IMG/VR virus record: IMGVR_UViG_3300029554_000001 | DNA from: a virus | Strand: one strand, 5' to 3' | Length of the DNA: 64,000 bases | Part shown: in pieces, positions 35,706 through 45,055 of the stretch | Numbering within the stretch: position 1 is the first letter of the stretch | How the letters are laid out: every line of letters begins with the position of its first letter | Program-made: the position numbers and the translations under genes | Notes under the pieces: generated by a model | Databases searched by the model: none | Seen by the model: the letters and a program-made list of their open reading frames with translations, nothing else | What the model was told of the DNA's origin: nothing

Positions 35706-35925
35706 AGGGTAGTTTGGCGAAATATTTGGAGTACTTATAAATAAATTATCTATATTTAAGTTTCAATTTTGTAAAGTAGGTGTGAAGTAGTATAATTTGA
35801 TGGGTAGGAAAGGAAATTGATTCTAAGATGAAATTTATAAAGAATTGATTATAATGAAATGGTGAGAATGAAATGGCGGGATATTTGCTGAATATTTCTT
35901 GGGGAGAGTTATGGGTAGCGAAGCG

Positions 35926-36215
35926 GGAAAAAGAATCGCCCCTTGTGGATTAAAAAGACTCCCCCGTTGCACTTTAAAAAGGGTGGGTGGGTTGGGAGAT
36001 AAAGTAAGAAAGAAACATAGTGGGACCTTCGCATCCGACGAACCTAAAAAAGTTTTGCCCTTTGATGAGGGTTTATTGAAAGGAAGGCGTTTTTCCTTTC
36101 GATTACCGATTTTTAATTTTCTGGGGTGGTGGTGGGGGAAACTAAAAAATCTCCCCCTTGGAAATTAGAAAAAATCTCCCATTGAACAAGGAAAAAATTC
36201 CCCATTAAAAGGGAA
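35926..36215. repeat. six dispersed A5-6-N2-4-C3-5-(A/T)TTG iteron-like motifs in a G/C-tract-rich island
   Basis: Examples: AAAAAATCTCCCCCTTGG, AAAAAATCTCCCATTGA, AAAAAATTCCCCATTAA, AAAAAGACTCCCCCGTTG, AAAAAGAATCGCCCCTTG, AAAAAAGTTTTGCCCTTTG. Also GGTGGGTGGGTTGGG and GGGGTGGTGGTGGGGG tracts. Confidence 0.6.
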
Positions 36216-36217
36216 AC

Positions 36218-36269
36218 AGATTCTCACTGAGTAAGAATCTTAACTTATAGCCACTGAGTAACTATAAGT
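36218..36269. repeat. two adjacent hairpins with the same loop sequence CACTGAGTA
   Basis: AGATTCT-CACTGAGTA-AGAATCT (36218-36240) and ACTTATAG-CCACTGAGTAA-CTATAAGT (36243-36269). Confidence 0.7.
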
Positions 36270-36308
36270 GCTAAGAAGTCTAACCCACCCTCCCTACCAA
36301 GACTTCAC

Positions 36309-36758
36309 TTAACAGACACGGATTGAACCAATGTCTTCATAACGAACGATTTTATATTCTTCTCGATTATTATCACGAAGATGAATTTCCTGAAGTCGTT
36401 CATTCCAAGTTACATAATCGCAACACATATCGGTGCCATCTTTAAGATAAATCTGAGTCACAGGATGTTCCCTCCTTATTTTCTTCCAAAAATATTTTTG
36501 TTGTTCACAGAAATGTTTATATTCATATTTTTCATCCATTCGACGGTATTCTTCATAATACTTTTTAGCCATAGCTAAAGAATCAATAGATTTACCATCT
36601 TTGAATTTTCTGGAATACAACATTGAGTCTGTATCCATTTTAGCAATTCCAATGAATGTGAGAATTGTAATAGGAATTACAATAAACCAAAACAAAGGAA
36701 CTCCTGCAAACAATCGAATCAAGATGGCAATGGGAAGACCAATTGCAAAATAAGGCAA
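36309..36758 (-). CDS. membrane protein (149 aa, TTG start)
   Basis: Two N-terminal hydrophobic segments; AAAGG 10 nt before TTG. Last gene of the minus block. Confidence 0.55.
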   Translation of the reverse strand: MPYFAIGLPIAILIRLFAGVPLFWFIVIPITILTFIGIAKMDTDSMLYSRKFKDGKSIDSLAMAKKYYEEYRRMDEKYEYKHFCEQQKYFWKKIRREHPVTQIYLKDGTDMCCDYVTWNERLQEIHLRDNNREEYKIVRYEDIGSIRVC

Positions 36759-36798
36759 AGTATCACAACCTTTCTTTAATTTTGATTACACTTAGGCT

Positions 36799-37113
36799 TC
36801 AGCAGTAATTTTTCCCCCCTCTCTTTTCTTTAACTACCTGAGCATAATCCATTTCATAACACCAAATAGAGCCATTATCATACAAAGGCTTGACAATGAC
36901 ACTATCAGGATTCTGCAACCTATCTCTGACATAATTTACTTCTTTCATAGAGAAGAAGTAACGACTGGTTTCATCCTTACGCTTACGCATACAAAGTTTA
37001 TTAAAATGACAGATGCACTCTGTAAAGTAAGAGTCAAGCATTTCAGACATAACTTCAGCAAAAATAACAGCAGAAGAGATAGGAGCAAGGTTATTGTTAA
37101 GATTCTTTTTCAT
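36799..37113 (-). CDS. hypothetical protein (104 aa), weak paralogue of 59458-59790
   Basis: ORF + SD AAAGGA; shared (D/K)xT(S/K)xRY(F/V)FS(M/L)K block. Confidence 0.6.
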   Translation of the reverse strand: MKKNLNNNLAPISSAVIFAEVMSEMLDSYFTECICHFNKLCMRKRKDETSRYFFSMKEVNYVRDRLQNPDSVIVKPLYDNGSIWCYEMDYAQVVKEKRGGKNYC

Positions 37114-37162
37114 GATAATAAATCCTTTCTAAAATAAATAGTTTAATTGTTAAGGTTAATTT

Positions 37163-37188
37163 GTAAGAAAGGGGAGATTTCTCTCCCC
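37163..37188 (-). terminator. intrinsic terminator (minus strand)
   Basis: Minus strand reads GGGGAGAGAAATCTCCCC followed by TTTCTT. Confidence 0.55.
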
Positions 37189-37322
37189 AATCTTATTTAG
37201 CTCTACCAATGAGCCACAAGATTGCGATTGCAATTTCGAAGCAAAGCAAGCAACCTTCGATGGTTATACGCCTCGCCTCCTTTCATTAGATTTCAAGGAA
37301 TCTACATATACATCACCTCCTT

Positions 37323-37904
37323 TCAGTCATCATCCTCATAATCTAATGCCTCTAATTCTTCATCAGACAACTTCCAATTATCAGGAAAATTATCCCAAAA
37401 GGTATAATTCCTATATTTGTCAAGAAGCCCGATTTTCTGAAGCTCTTTAGCTTCTACATCCGTATTACGTTCATAATACGTATACATGAGATATTTAGTT
37501 TGAGATTGGGTTTTACAGTACTCAGCATAATACTTTTCTTTAAGTTCTTTGTTATACCTCCAACTCCACATTTTTTGGTCATGTTCTCTTTTAGTTTCGT
37601 TAATAATGTTCTCTGTTAAGACATCACTATAACGATACTTATGAAGAGAATCCCAAAGAATCCTTTGCTGAGGAGTTAAATCATCTTCAAGATGACCTCG
37701 TTTAACTCTTTGTTTTCGTTCGAACTCTGCTTGACATTTTTGTTCTTCTTCTTTGCTTTCGTGGATTGCTCCACCAATTGCAAGGATGATGGGGATTGCC
37801 AGTAGAAAAACGACAGTAGTTGACAAAGCATTTCCGAACAAACCTTGGTTAAAGATTGCTGTTCCGAGTAAGCCCACGAAAAATGCGAATAAAGCATACA
37901 GCAT
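37323..37904 (-). CDS. membrane protein (193 aa)
   Basis: AAAGGAGG SD; two N-terminal TM segments. Confidence 0.65.
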   Translation of the reverse strand: MLYALFAFFVGLLGTAIFNQGLFGNALSTTVVFLLAIPIILAIGGAIHESKEEEQKCQAEFERKQRVKRGHLEDDLTPQQRILWDSLHKYRYSDVLTENIINETKREHDQKMWSWRYNKELKEKYYAEYCKTQSQTKYLMYTYYERNTDVEAKELQKIGLLDKYRNYTFWDNFPDNWKLSDEELEALDYEDDD

Positions 37905-37931
37905 TACACCACCTCCTTTCTTATTATAACA

Positions 37932-38633
37932 TTAATGCTGCTGAAACACAACAGTTTTTACTTTCTTATTCCAACATTTTTGGCAAACCGTGCATGTGAC
38001 AGTTTTATCATGCTGGTTAGGACAAGTCGTATAATTCTTGGGAAAATCAGGGTTCTTAGACTTGTCCTTAAAATCAACATAAGCCACAGGAAGATTATAC
38101 GGATTAGGAACAATCCAATCCTTATCCCATGCAGAGAAGATAATGTTTAAGTTTTTAGGAAGCTTTTCATTTTCAGAAAGCCACTCATTCACAATGAAAT
38201 ACTTCTTCGTAAATGCCATGAACTTAATTTTAGGATTCTTCAAAGCGATGTTAACCATTCCATCGAAGAAATCATAATCAGGAATATCACCAGCGTCGAA
38301 AAATCTACAAAGACCAAGACCAGAATGTTTGAGCTTAAAGTCAACCTGATTCCAGAAATCCTCGTGGTCATTATTGTAAATACGAAGGTTACGCAGATAC
38401 GAAGCCTGAACGACTGTTAAAGTCTGGGTTCCTTTCATGCAATAGCAACCATCTTTTTTACAAGGGGCATCTTCACGACAACAACAAGTCGGTACTGCCA
38501 AATCAATGACTCCCATACCAGTTTTGGAATTTTTGCTGGTCATATGAATCTCATTCGTTCTCATAGAAAGATGCTGAATGTATTCCTCACGAGACAGGGT
38601 GAATTCCTTCTTGTTGTTAACAGACTTAGCCAT
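37932..38633 (-). CDS. Cys-rich protein, possibly GP88-like (assignment from memory, tentative)
   Basis: ORF + SD AAAGGAA; KTG...VPTCCCREDAPCKKDGCYC...RN pattern. Confidence 0.5.
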   Translation of the reverse strand: MAKSVNNKKEFTLSREEYIQHLSMRTNEIHMTSKNSKTGMGVIDLAVPTCCCREDAPCKKDGCYCMKGTQTLTVVQASYLRNLRIYNNDHEDFWNQVDFKLKHSGLGLCRFFDAGDIPDYDFFDGMVNIALKNPKIKFMAFTKKYFIVNEWLSENEKLPKNLNIIFSAWDKDWIVPNPYNLPVAYVDFKDKSKNPDFPKNYTTCPNQHDKTVTCTVCQKCWNKKVKTVVFQQH

Positions 38634-38692
38634 AATTAAAACTTCCTTTCAAAAATAAATTTGTTAGTTAATGGGTGTTTAGGGACTATATA

Positions 38693-39223
38693 TTAACAGT
38701 ACTCATGGGCAGTTTTGTTTTCATCCATAGCACTGATTGCCTTAGTGGAAAGGCAGTAAAGGTCTTCACTTGTAAAAGAATGAAGCTGGTTTTGGGCTTT
38801 GTGTTTGGCATCATCAAAGCTTTTTGCTTCAACGACAACTTCGAGAGTGCCTTTAACTTCAAGATTAACTTCATACTTTTGAAGTTTAGAAGATAATTTA
38901 AGCTCTGTTGCATAATACTCTTTAAGAGTACTTATAGCTAAAATGAAACTAGACCTAAAAGCAAGACCAGACCAAAGAGTAATGTTGCTCTTAAGGTCAA
39001 CAATCCAATAAACAGGAGGACGTTCAAGTTCTTCTTTCATTTCCGACTGTTCCTTAAGATACTTCATAAAATCTCGAAGGTATTCATACATATAGGCTTC
39101 TTTAATATATTTGCCATCATAATGAGAAGTAGGCAAAGAAATGTTATCATAATATTCAGGGTCTCCAAAAGCAATCATGACAACAGGCTTATTGATATGG
39201 TCTCCGCAGAAATAAGTTAACAT
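38693..39223 (-). CDS. hypothetical protein (176 aa)
   Basis: AAGGAG-8 nt-ATG; TAATG overlap with the upstream gene. Confidence 0.6.
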   Translation of the reverse strand: MLTYFCGDHINKPVVMIAFGDPEYYDNISLPTSHYDGKYIKEAYMYEYLRDFMKYLKEQSEMKEELERPPVYWIVDLKSNITLWSGLAFRSSFILAISTLKEYYATELKLSSKLQKYEVNLEVKGTLEVVVEAKSFDDAKHKAQNQLHSFTSEDLYCLSTKAISAMDENKTAHEYC

Positions 39224-39549
39224 TACGCACACTCCTTTTCAATTTCTTTGATATGAGACAGCATGGAATTTACGATAGGAACAAAACTATGCGTATAAGA
39301 AAGCGCATAATGGTTTTTCCAATCACGACTATCCCAAATCCATTTGATAGAAAGCTTTTTAGTTTCAGGATTATAGATAGTCATAATTCCAAGACATCTC
39401 TCGGGACTTTCATCAAGAACGTCAACTTTGGAAGGGTAGAATTCGATATAATATCTATGTTCTACATTTGCCCAAGGGGTAAAGATTTTAAATTTGCCAT
39501 ACTCATTTTCGAGGTTGGTACGAACAGAACGAAGATTTAAGGTTGACAT
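39223..39549 (-). CDS. hypothetical protein (108 aa)
   Basis: AAAGGAG-8 nt-ATG at 39549 (the track start 39582 lacks an SD). Confidence 0.6.
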   Translation of the reverse strand: MSTLNLRSVRTNLENEYGKFKIFTPWANVEHRYYIEFYPSKVDVLDESPERCLGIMTIYNPETKKLSIKWIWDSRDWKNHYALSYTHSFVPIVNSMLSHIKEIEKECA

Positions 39550-39582
39550 AATTATACTCCTTTCAATTTTAAACGGTATCAT

Positions 39583-40143
39583 TTAAATGATATAAGATTT
39601 ATACTTTTCATTTGTAAGCACTTTCTTTTTAATTACATCCTTATAATTCATGATATAAGATTCAATTGGTTTATTCCACTGCCAACAATCCTTACGAGTT
39701 TCCTGACCGATGCAAGATTTTGTTCCCTCGTAAACAGTGATAAAGAAGGGTCTATACTGATTACGAAGCATTTGAGAGATTCGTTTCACTTCTGTCCAAT
39801 CACAGATTACATTAAGGACATTAGAACAGATAAACACATCTGCACTAGGAAAACCATAACCCTCATCGGGATAATTCCTATACCCATCAGGATACCAATA
39901 CGGGTCATAGCCAATGTATTTGATGTTCTTACACTTAAGGAAGTCTCCAATAACTTCGGGATAACGACCGCACCCCCAATCATAAATAATTAAAGGAGCA
40001 AAGTTTGATTCTGAATGACTAAAAGCGTTTTTACACCAAATTTTGTCATATTTCAACTGACTCCAATCAATATGATTGTAGATACGGGGAAGCTTAGAAC
40101 TATTAACGGATGTGAACTTAGAAGTGATAGGCTGGTTTTTCAT
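39583..40143 (-). CDS. class-I SAM-dependent methyltransferase-like protein
   Basis: IIYDWGCGRY (motif I-like) and ADVFICSNVLNVI; AAAGGAG SD before ATG 40143. Substrate unknown. Confidence 0.55.
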   Translation of the reverse strand: MKNQPITSKFTSVNSSKLPRIYNHIDWSQLKYDKIWCKNAFSHSESNFAPLIIYDWGCGRYPEVIGDFLKCKNIKYIGYDPYWYPDGYRNYPDEGYGFPSADVFICSNVLNVICDWTEVKRISQMLRNQYRPFFITVYEGTKSCIGQETRKDCWQWNKPIESYIMNYKDVIKKKVLTNEKYKSYII

Positions 40144-40175
40144 AGTTTGTACTCCTTTCAAATTTAAAAAGTTTT

Positions 40176-40820
40176 TTACTGTTTAAAGGTAAGCAGAAGA
40201 ACTTCGTAGCAATCTACTTGACTGGCTTCATAAAGTTCATCAATATAAATTCCTGCATCCATGATAGCTTTGCAAGCCTTTAATTCTCCCTTCGATAAAC
40301 AATCCTTATTAAAAAGAGTGTTTTCAGTGGGCATAGAAGCAATATAACACAGAGCCAGTTTTGGAAAGAATTCATATTTATGAACCTTAAAGCCAACCTT
40401 ACCTTCTTTTACTAAAGAATTAAAGGTGTCAGCGTCCATACAAACTGCTGCTCTCATATTTTCACAACTATTATCTTCAATACAAATATCCTCCCATGAA
40501 TTAATAGAATCTCCATTCTCATCGTAGTAGAAGGTTACTTCTAAAACGCAAGTAATGTCAAAGGGTTGAGGAAGACAAGCATTTTGAATTTGCGCTTGTC
40601 CATTGCAGCGTTCAATACAATATTCAATAGCACTATCATTGTCTTCTTCATCAATTCCTTCATCTTCTTTAATTAATTCTTTATCGTAGAAAAAGATTTC
40701 TTTCCCTTTTGCACAAAGCCAAGGATGAACAATAGGGGTAGATTTCTCTATCCCATATTCTCCATTGATAATAGGCTCAATAGCAGATTTGACGCAACCA
40801 TGGTATAAAGTGTAAGACAT
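40176..40820 (-). CDS. hypothetical acidic protein (214 aa)
   Basis: ORF + SD AAAGGAG. Confidence 0.65.
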   Translation of the reverse strand: MSYTLYHGCVKSAIEPIINGEYGIEKSTPIVHPWLCAKGKEIFFYDKELIKEDEGIDEEDNDSAIEYCIERCNGQAQIQNACLPQPFDITCVLEVTFYYDENGDSINSWEDICIEDNSCENMRAAVCMDADTFNSLVKEGKVGFKVHKYEFFPKLALCYIASMPTENTLFNKDCLSKGELKACKAIMDAGIYIDELYEASQVDCYEVLLLTFKQ

Positions 40821-40855
40821 AATTCATAACTCCTTTCAAATGTATGTTAATTTAA

Positions 40856-41131
40856 TTAACAATCAATGGTTACAGTTTCTTCAACGACAAGAAAATCGCC
40901 AACAAGTTCGCAAGCATAAACAGTGAACTCACTACCAGCGACACATTCGATAGGAATTTTATTGCTGTAGTAGCCAAGACGCTCAAGGATTTCATCTCCT
41001 TTACCCTCATCAAGCATAGCGCTGAGTTCAAGATATTCTTCTTCACTTTCAACCGCATAGATATGAAGTTGAGTTTTGGAGCCAGAATCACCACTGAGCC
41101 AATTGTATAGAGTAGAAGAATTGTATTTCAT
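40856..41131 (-). CDS. hypothetical protein (91 aa)
   Basis: ORF + SD AAAGGAG. Confidence 0.6.
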   Translation of the reverse strand: MKYNSSTLYNWLSGDSGSKTQLHIYAVESEEEYLELSAMLDEGKGDEILERLGYYSNKIPIECVAGSEFTVYACELVGDFLVVEETVTIDC

Positions 41132-41167
41132 AGTTAAACTCCTTTCAAATTAAAACGAATTGTTTTG

Positions 41168-41431
41168 TTACCAGTTGTAGTTATCGAAATGAAGGGTATT
41201 AGCCACATAGTTTTTTGCGGCCTTGAGCGAAGAGAATGCTTTGATAAAGGTGTAAACAACTACACCATCAATAACACTCCTTTTACTCAATTCCCAACCC
41301 TTACGAGAGAAAACAGGACGAGAAATATAATATTTCTCATCTCTAGACATATAAAAGTTTTCTCCTTTTGTGCCAGTTACAGGCTTCCAACGAACGATGT
41401 TGTGAGAATCAGTAAGAATGATATTAGACAT
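41168..41431 (-). CDS. hypothetical protein (87 aa)
   Basis: ORF + SD AAAGGAA. Confidence 0.6.
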   Translation of the reverse strand: MSNIILTDSHNIVRWKPVTGTKGENFYMSRDEKYYISRPVFSRKGWELSKRSVIDGVVVYTFIKAFSSLKAAKNYVANTLHFDNYNW

Positions 41432-41460
41432 ATAAGCACTTCCTTTCTTTTTTAATTAAT

Positions 41461-42021
41461 TTAACTCAAAAGCTTAAGAGTTCCTGTTTTACCACAGCCA
41501 CCACATCTCCAAACAGAAGGGTTAGACCTGATACCTTGAACTGTGTTACAATTACGCTGATAAGTTTTCACCACCTTTTTACAACAATCACAGTAAATTT
41601 TGTAATTGCTGTTATATTCAAGTCGCTGTTTAAGATACATATTATAGTTTTCATCAAAACTACATCTCTGAATATGTGTACCATAAACAGCATTGTATTT
41701 GGTAATGGCTTTATACCAACCGCCTGAATGTTCATGGTTTAGCCCATTGTTAACGCAATGAGCGACTTCATGAATCATAGTTCCTTGTACGTTCTTATCA
41801 TCTCCAATCTCAAAATATCTCTTGTTGAAATTCAAAACGAAATAGCGTTTACCATCAATCGAACGTTTAGGGCAGCACTGACCTAACCGATTCTTAGCTC
41901 TTGTATTCCATTCTACGACGATTTTTGTTTCAGATAATTCTGTGAATCCAAGCTTAATCAGATTTATTCTTGCCAGTTCAACGTAATTTTTGACAGCTTC
42001 AATGTTGGTATACTTAGACAT
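41461..42021 (-). CDS. SprT-like zinc metalloprotease with C-terminal zinc ribbon
   Basis: HEVAH (HExxH) followed by H...GGW; CDCC...CGGCG. ATG 42021 preceded by AAAGGA. Confidence 0.6.
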   Translation of the reverse strand: MSKYTNIEAVKNYVELARINLIKLGFTELSETKIVVEWNTRAKNRLGQCCPKRSIDGKRYFVLNFNKRYFEIGDDKNVQGTMIHEVAHCVNNGLNHEHSGGWYKAITKYNAVYGTHIQRCSFDENYNMYLKQRLEYNSNYKIYCDCCKKVVKTYQRNCNTVQGIRSNPSVWRCGGCGKTGTLKLLS

Positions 42022-42057
42022 AATTCTTAAATCCTTTCTTTTCGACAAATATTATTG

Positions 42058-42246
42058 TTAGTGTTCCAAAGTTTCTTGGTCTTTGATGTCCTGCATGGTA
42101 GTTTCGACTGTATTACCACATTCCCAAGGATAGAGAAGTTGACCACACACAGGACAAATGTAGTCAAATTCATCATCAAAGGTGAGATTCACCTCAATTC
42201 CACAATCGGGGCAACACTTACCAGTGCCATTAATAATTCGTAACAT
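42058..42246 (-). CDS. zinc-ribbon protein (62 aa)
   Basis: AAAGGAGG SD; CPDCG...CPVCG. Confidence 0.6.
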   Translation of the reverse strand: MLRIINGTGKCCPDCGIEVNLTFDDEFDYICPVCGQLLYPWECGNTVETTMQDIKDQETLEH

Positions 42247-42265
42247 ATTGTTTACCTCCTTTCAA

Positions 42266-42982
42266 TTAATCCATGTGACCACAGTACCATCCAATGTCAG
42301 TGCAACCAACGATGGATAAATAATTCTTGATTTTATCAACCCACTGTTCCCAACTCCATTCACCTTGCTTATTAGAACGAGGAATCATCTTGTATTTCTG
42401 ACCTTCGTATTTGAAAATCATACCGTATCCAATTGCACAACATCCCTTATCCTCAGACATTTTGCAAAGGTCTTCCCAAATCTGAGCAATTGCTTTAATA
42501 GCAGGGATTTTATTGTCATCATAATCTTCAGGGGCGAAGAGAATAATGGGATAATTCTTATGCTCTTCAGTATCATCAGTTTCATAATCACTCCAAACAT
42601 TGCAAGGAGCGAAATAGAAAAACCAGCTTGTTGCACATTCAATATACATGCCATACTTAAGAGCAAATTCCTCAAGCCATTCAGGAGCACCTGAATACAT
42701 ATAATCACACAAAGTTCCCTCAGAAGAGAAACTGATGATATTGGTAGAAGGAGCATACTCGCAATACTTAGTAGGATGAACACCTTCAACATCATCAATC
42801 CAAGTATTCAGGGGGACATATTTCTTTTCTTCCTTATCCCACAAATTACGAATATAACGAGTACGTTTGTTGTTGTAATAAATACAAACATCATCAACGC
42901 ATTCATGCTCGGCAAGTAATGCCTTAAATTCTTCAACGATGTTGGCAATATCGGACTTGCTGTAATCATACTTCTTAGACAT
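42266..42982 (-). CDS. hypothetical protein (238 aa)
   Basis: ORF + SD AAAGGAA. Confidence 0.65.
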   Translation of the reverse strand: MSKKYDYSKSDIANIVEEFKALLAEHECVDDVCIYYNNKRTRYIRNLWDKEEKKYVPLNTWIDDVEGVHPTKYCEYAPSTNIISFSSEGTLCDYMYSGAPEWLEEFALKYGMYIECATSWFFYFAPCNVWSDYETDDTEEHKNYPIILFAPEDYDDNKIPAIKAIAQIWEDLCKMSEDKGCCAIGYGMIFKYEGQKYKMIPRSNKQGEWSWEQWVDKIKNYLSIVGCTDIGWYCGHMD

Positions 42983-43021
42983 AATCGTAATTCCTTTCTA
43001 AATAAAAAGTTTTAAAAGTTA

Positions 43022-43050
43022 TTGACAAGAATGAATTTGTATGTTACAAT
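43022..43050 (+). promoter_or_regulatory. plus-strand sigma70-like promoter inside the minus-strand gene block
   Basis: TTGACA-N17-TACAAT. Confidence 0.55.
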
Positions 43051-43051
43051 A

Positions 43052-43300
43052 CACATAGAGTTAAGAGACCAGTAACCTCTTAACCCTATGTGTTATGTTT
43101 TAATTTAATGTTTAGACTTCCATGAAGCCAGTCAAGACAATCACAGAATAATAAACATTAAATCTGTAGTTTATCTGTTTGATTTTCTACATGGTCTTTC
43201 ATCTCCTTTCTTCCTTAAGACAAGGGTTTCATTTATATGAACAGCTTACGGGGCTGGAGTTTTAGACAGGAACAGGATTATTCCTGTTCCTTTTCTTTTT
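43052..43300 (+). ncRNA. predicted antisense RNA covering peptide ORF a
   Basis: Promoter 43022-43050; 5' hairpin 43052-43094; terminator hairpin 43269-43290 plus T-run. Confidence 0.4.
43112..43192 (-). CDS. ATG-TAG small peptide, member a: MXKIKQINYRFNVYYSVIVLTGFMEV (X=TAG)
   Basis: AAAGGAG-10 nt-ATG TAG; 26 sense codons then TAA. Homologous to 52148-52228. Lies inside the antisense unit 43052-43300. Confidence 0.45.
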
Positions 43301-43742
43301 CTTTGTAAGGCTTAAGGGGAATACGATTACGAGTAGAATATTCGCCAGTATCGTTGTCCATGAGGAATTCGTTTTCACATTCGTCACAGAAGAATTTGGT
43401 TTCAGTTTTAAAATCATCAACTCCTGTTACTCCCCAATTTCCACAATAAGGACAACGAGGTTCACGATACTGACCAAAGTGAATATCTTTCTGATACTCT
43501 TCAGACCGAGGTTCACTCCAAACCTTGACAGAGAAGGTATTGCCAGACTTGTCATCAGGGTCAATCTCTGCCATACAGATATCCTGTTCAACATCCTGAC
43601 CATCACGGACAAAGACGATGTTTACACCATGATATCCTTCCTCTTGCTCGCAATAAATTCTAAATTGACCATTAGGAGTATCAACGAAAGCATGAGTGAA
43701 GCCATTAATCGTGCTCAAACCAATCTTGTTGTACTGTTTCAT
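43278..43742 (-). CDS. hypothetical protein with CPYCG...CDEC zinc ribbon (154 aa)
   Basis: GAAGGAG-9 nt-ATG 43742. The C-terminal KEKEKEQE codons overlap a plus-strand terminator hairpin. Confidence 0.6.
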   Translation of the reverse strand: MKQYNKIGLSTINGFTHAFVDTPNGQFRIYCEQEEGYHGVNIVFVRDGQDVEQDICMAEIDPDDKSGNTFSVKVWSEPRSEEYQKDIHFGQYREPRCPYCGNWGVTGVDDFKTETKFFCDECENEFLMDNDTGEYSTRNRIPLKPYKEKEKEQE

Positions 43743-43827
43743 AATATAAATCTCCTTCAATTAAAAATAATTTTTTAAAAAACTCTTGACAATATGAGCA
43801 AGTAAGATTGTAGACCTACCTACTTTT

Positions 43828-44376
43828 TTACCAGCCGTAAACATTGCAAACTTGTTTACCAATAGCTCGGGTATACTTGGTAATATCTTTGGGAGTTGCT
43901 TTACCATGATACAATTTCCAACAGAAATTATCAAGCTGGTCAGAAGAGATTTCAGGTTTCACTTCCCTATATAAAGTGTAGTTTGTTCCGTCATGATGAG
44001 TTTGCATAGAGCGAAGATTGTTGTGAGAATCAACCCACCACTTACCATACTCACTACCCATTTTGAAGTTAAGACAGGCTTTAATATTATGCTCATCGAG
44101 AAGAGTATATCCCATTCTACGCCCATTCCAAAGACCAACATCAGCAATCTCGATGATACGACCTTCTGTGGAAATATCGAGGTTACATATTTCATCCTTA
44201 AAGTACATATCATTAAGGTCTAACATCTCTTCATGGAACTTATATTCTTCCCACTCAGAGTAATCAACTCCACATTCATCAAGTCTTTCCTTGATGTCAT
44301 CAATCCAATCATCGAGGTTCAGGTCGTAGTTGCTCCAAACGATACGAGAATTGCTTTTATTATTCTTGGTAGCCAT
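43828..44376 (-). CDS. hypothetical protein (182 aa)
   Basis: AAAGGAA-8 nt-ATG 44376. The track's longer N-terminus overlaps the upstream gene and lacks an SD. Confidence 0.6.
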   Translation of the reverse strand: MATKNNKSNSRIVWSNYDLNLDDWIDDIKERLDECGVDYSEWEEYKFHEEMLDLNDMYFKDEICNLDISTEGRIIEIADVGLWNGRRMGYTLLDEHNIKACLNFKMGSEYGKWWVDSHNNLRSMQTHHDGTNYTLYREVKPEISSDQLDNFCWKLYHGKATPKDITKYTRAIGKQVCNVYGW

Positions 44377-44437
44377 AATCATAATTCCTTTCTTTTTTAT
44401 CATAATTAGAATGTTTTGATATAGAAAAAGCTGGAGA

Positions 44438-44989
44438 TTATATCCCAGCAAATCCTTTATAAGTTTCAACAATCTTGTTTTTTTCTTCAATGATGTCCTT
44501 AGTTGCTTTTTTTATACTGTAAATAAGATTGTCTCTCAATGTAGGATAGATTTGATATTCATCCCATTTAGCAAGCCAACCATCTTTATCTTCAAGCAAA
44601 GGTTCGGGACAGCATTCAGGAGAAGCATTAAGTGCAATAGAGTCAGTATAACTACCACTTCTCCAAGTGATATAATAACAACCACCCTGTTTGCTAATTG
44701 CGACACTTTCATCATTACCATAATCTCTGTAATAATGAGCATAAAGATTTGTTCTTGAAAAAAGATTGGCTTCTTCAGCGATTTTTACCAAAGAGAGAAT
44801 CTGATTAACAACTACAGTCCACTTAGCTCTACCGATTGCTTCTGTACGAGGAATGTAATATTCCTTAGTATTTTCATGAACAGTCTTAGCATCCTGATAA
44901 CGCTGAAGAAGTTCCATCATTTCGGTATCTTCGGTTTCTTCGCAAGAAATGGTGACGGTCATGCCCTTGTAAGTATTAGTGTTAGTCAT
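44438..44989 (-). CDS. hypothetical protein, paralogue of 45056-45631
   Basis: MTNTNTYKGMTVTISCEETEDTEMMEL vs MTNTKTYENMTVTVTCKENEDTEMMEL. Confidence 0.65.
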   Translation of the reverse strand: MTNTNTYKGMTVTISCEETEDTEMMELLQRYQDAKTVHENTKEYYIPRTEAIGRAKWTVVVNQILSLVKIAEEANLFSRTNLYAHYYRDYGNDESVAISKQGGCYYITWRSGSYTDSIALNASPECCPEPLLEDKDGWLAKWDEYQIYPTLRDNLIYSIKKATKDIIEEKNKIVETYKGFAGI

Positions 44990-45055
44990 AGTTATGTTTC
45001 CTTTCTTTTTAAGTTGAAGTGTGAATAGGTGCTTAGTATATAAGAAAACTGGGGA

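Noticed and set aside
35899-36168. 89-aa ORF in the G/C-tract island
   Set aside because: TTG start without an SD. Its Gly/Trp/Lys/Arg-rich sequence is generated by the G-tracts and A-tract iterons, so I interpret it as non-coding repeat DNA.
37261-37322. Another AAGGAGG-8 nt-ATG TAG (37307-37302, minus strand) followed by a hydrophobic frame (..TIEGCLLCFEIAIAILWLIGRAK*) and a terminator
   Set aside because: The ATG-TAG frame closes after 4 codons (TGA). The hydrophobic frame has no ATG/GTG/TTG start after the second GGAGG. It may be a decayed or unconventional member, but I cannot support a CDS call.
43785-43815. Plus-strand TTGACA at ~43786 as a further antisense promoter
   Set aside because: There is no acceptable -10 hexamer at 16-18 nt, and no 5' hairpin or peptide ORF downstream.
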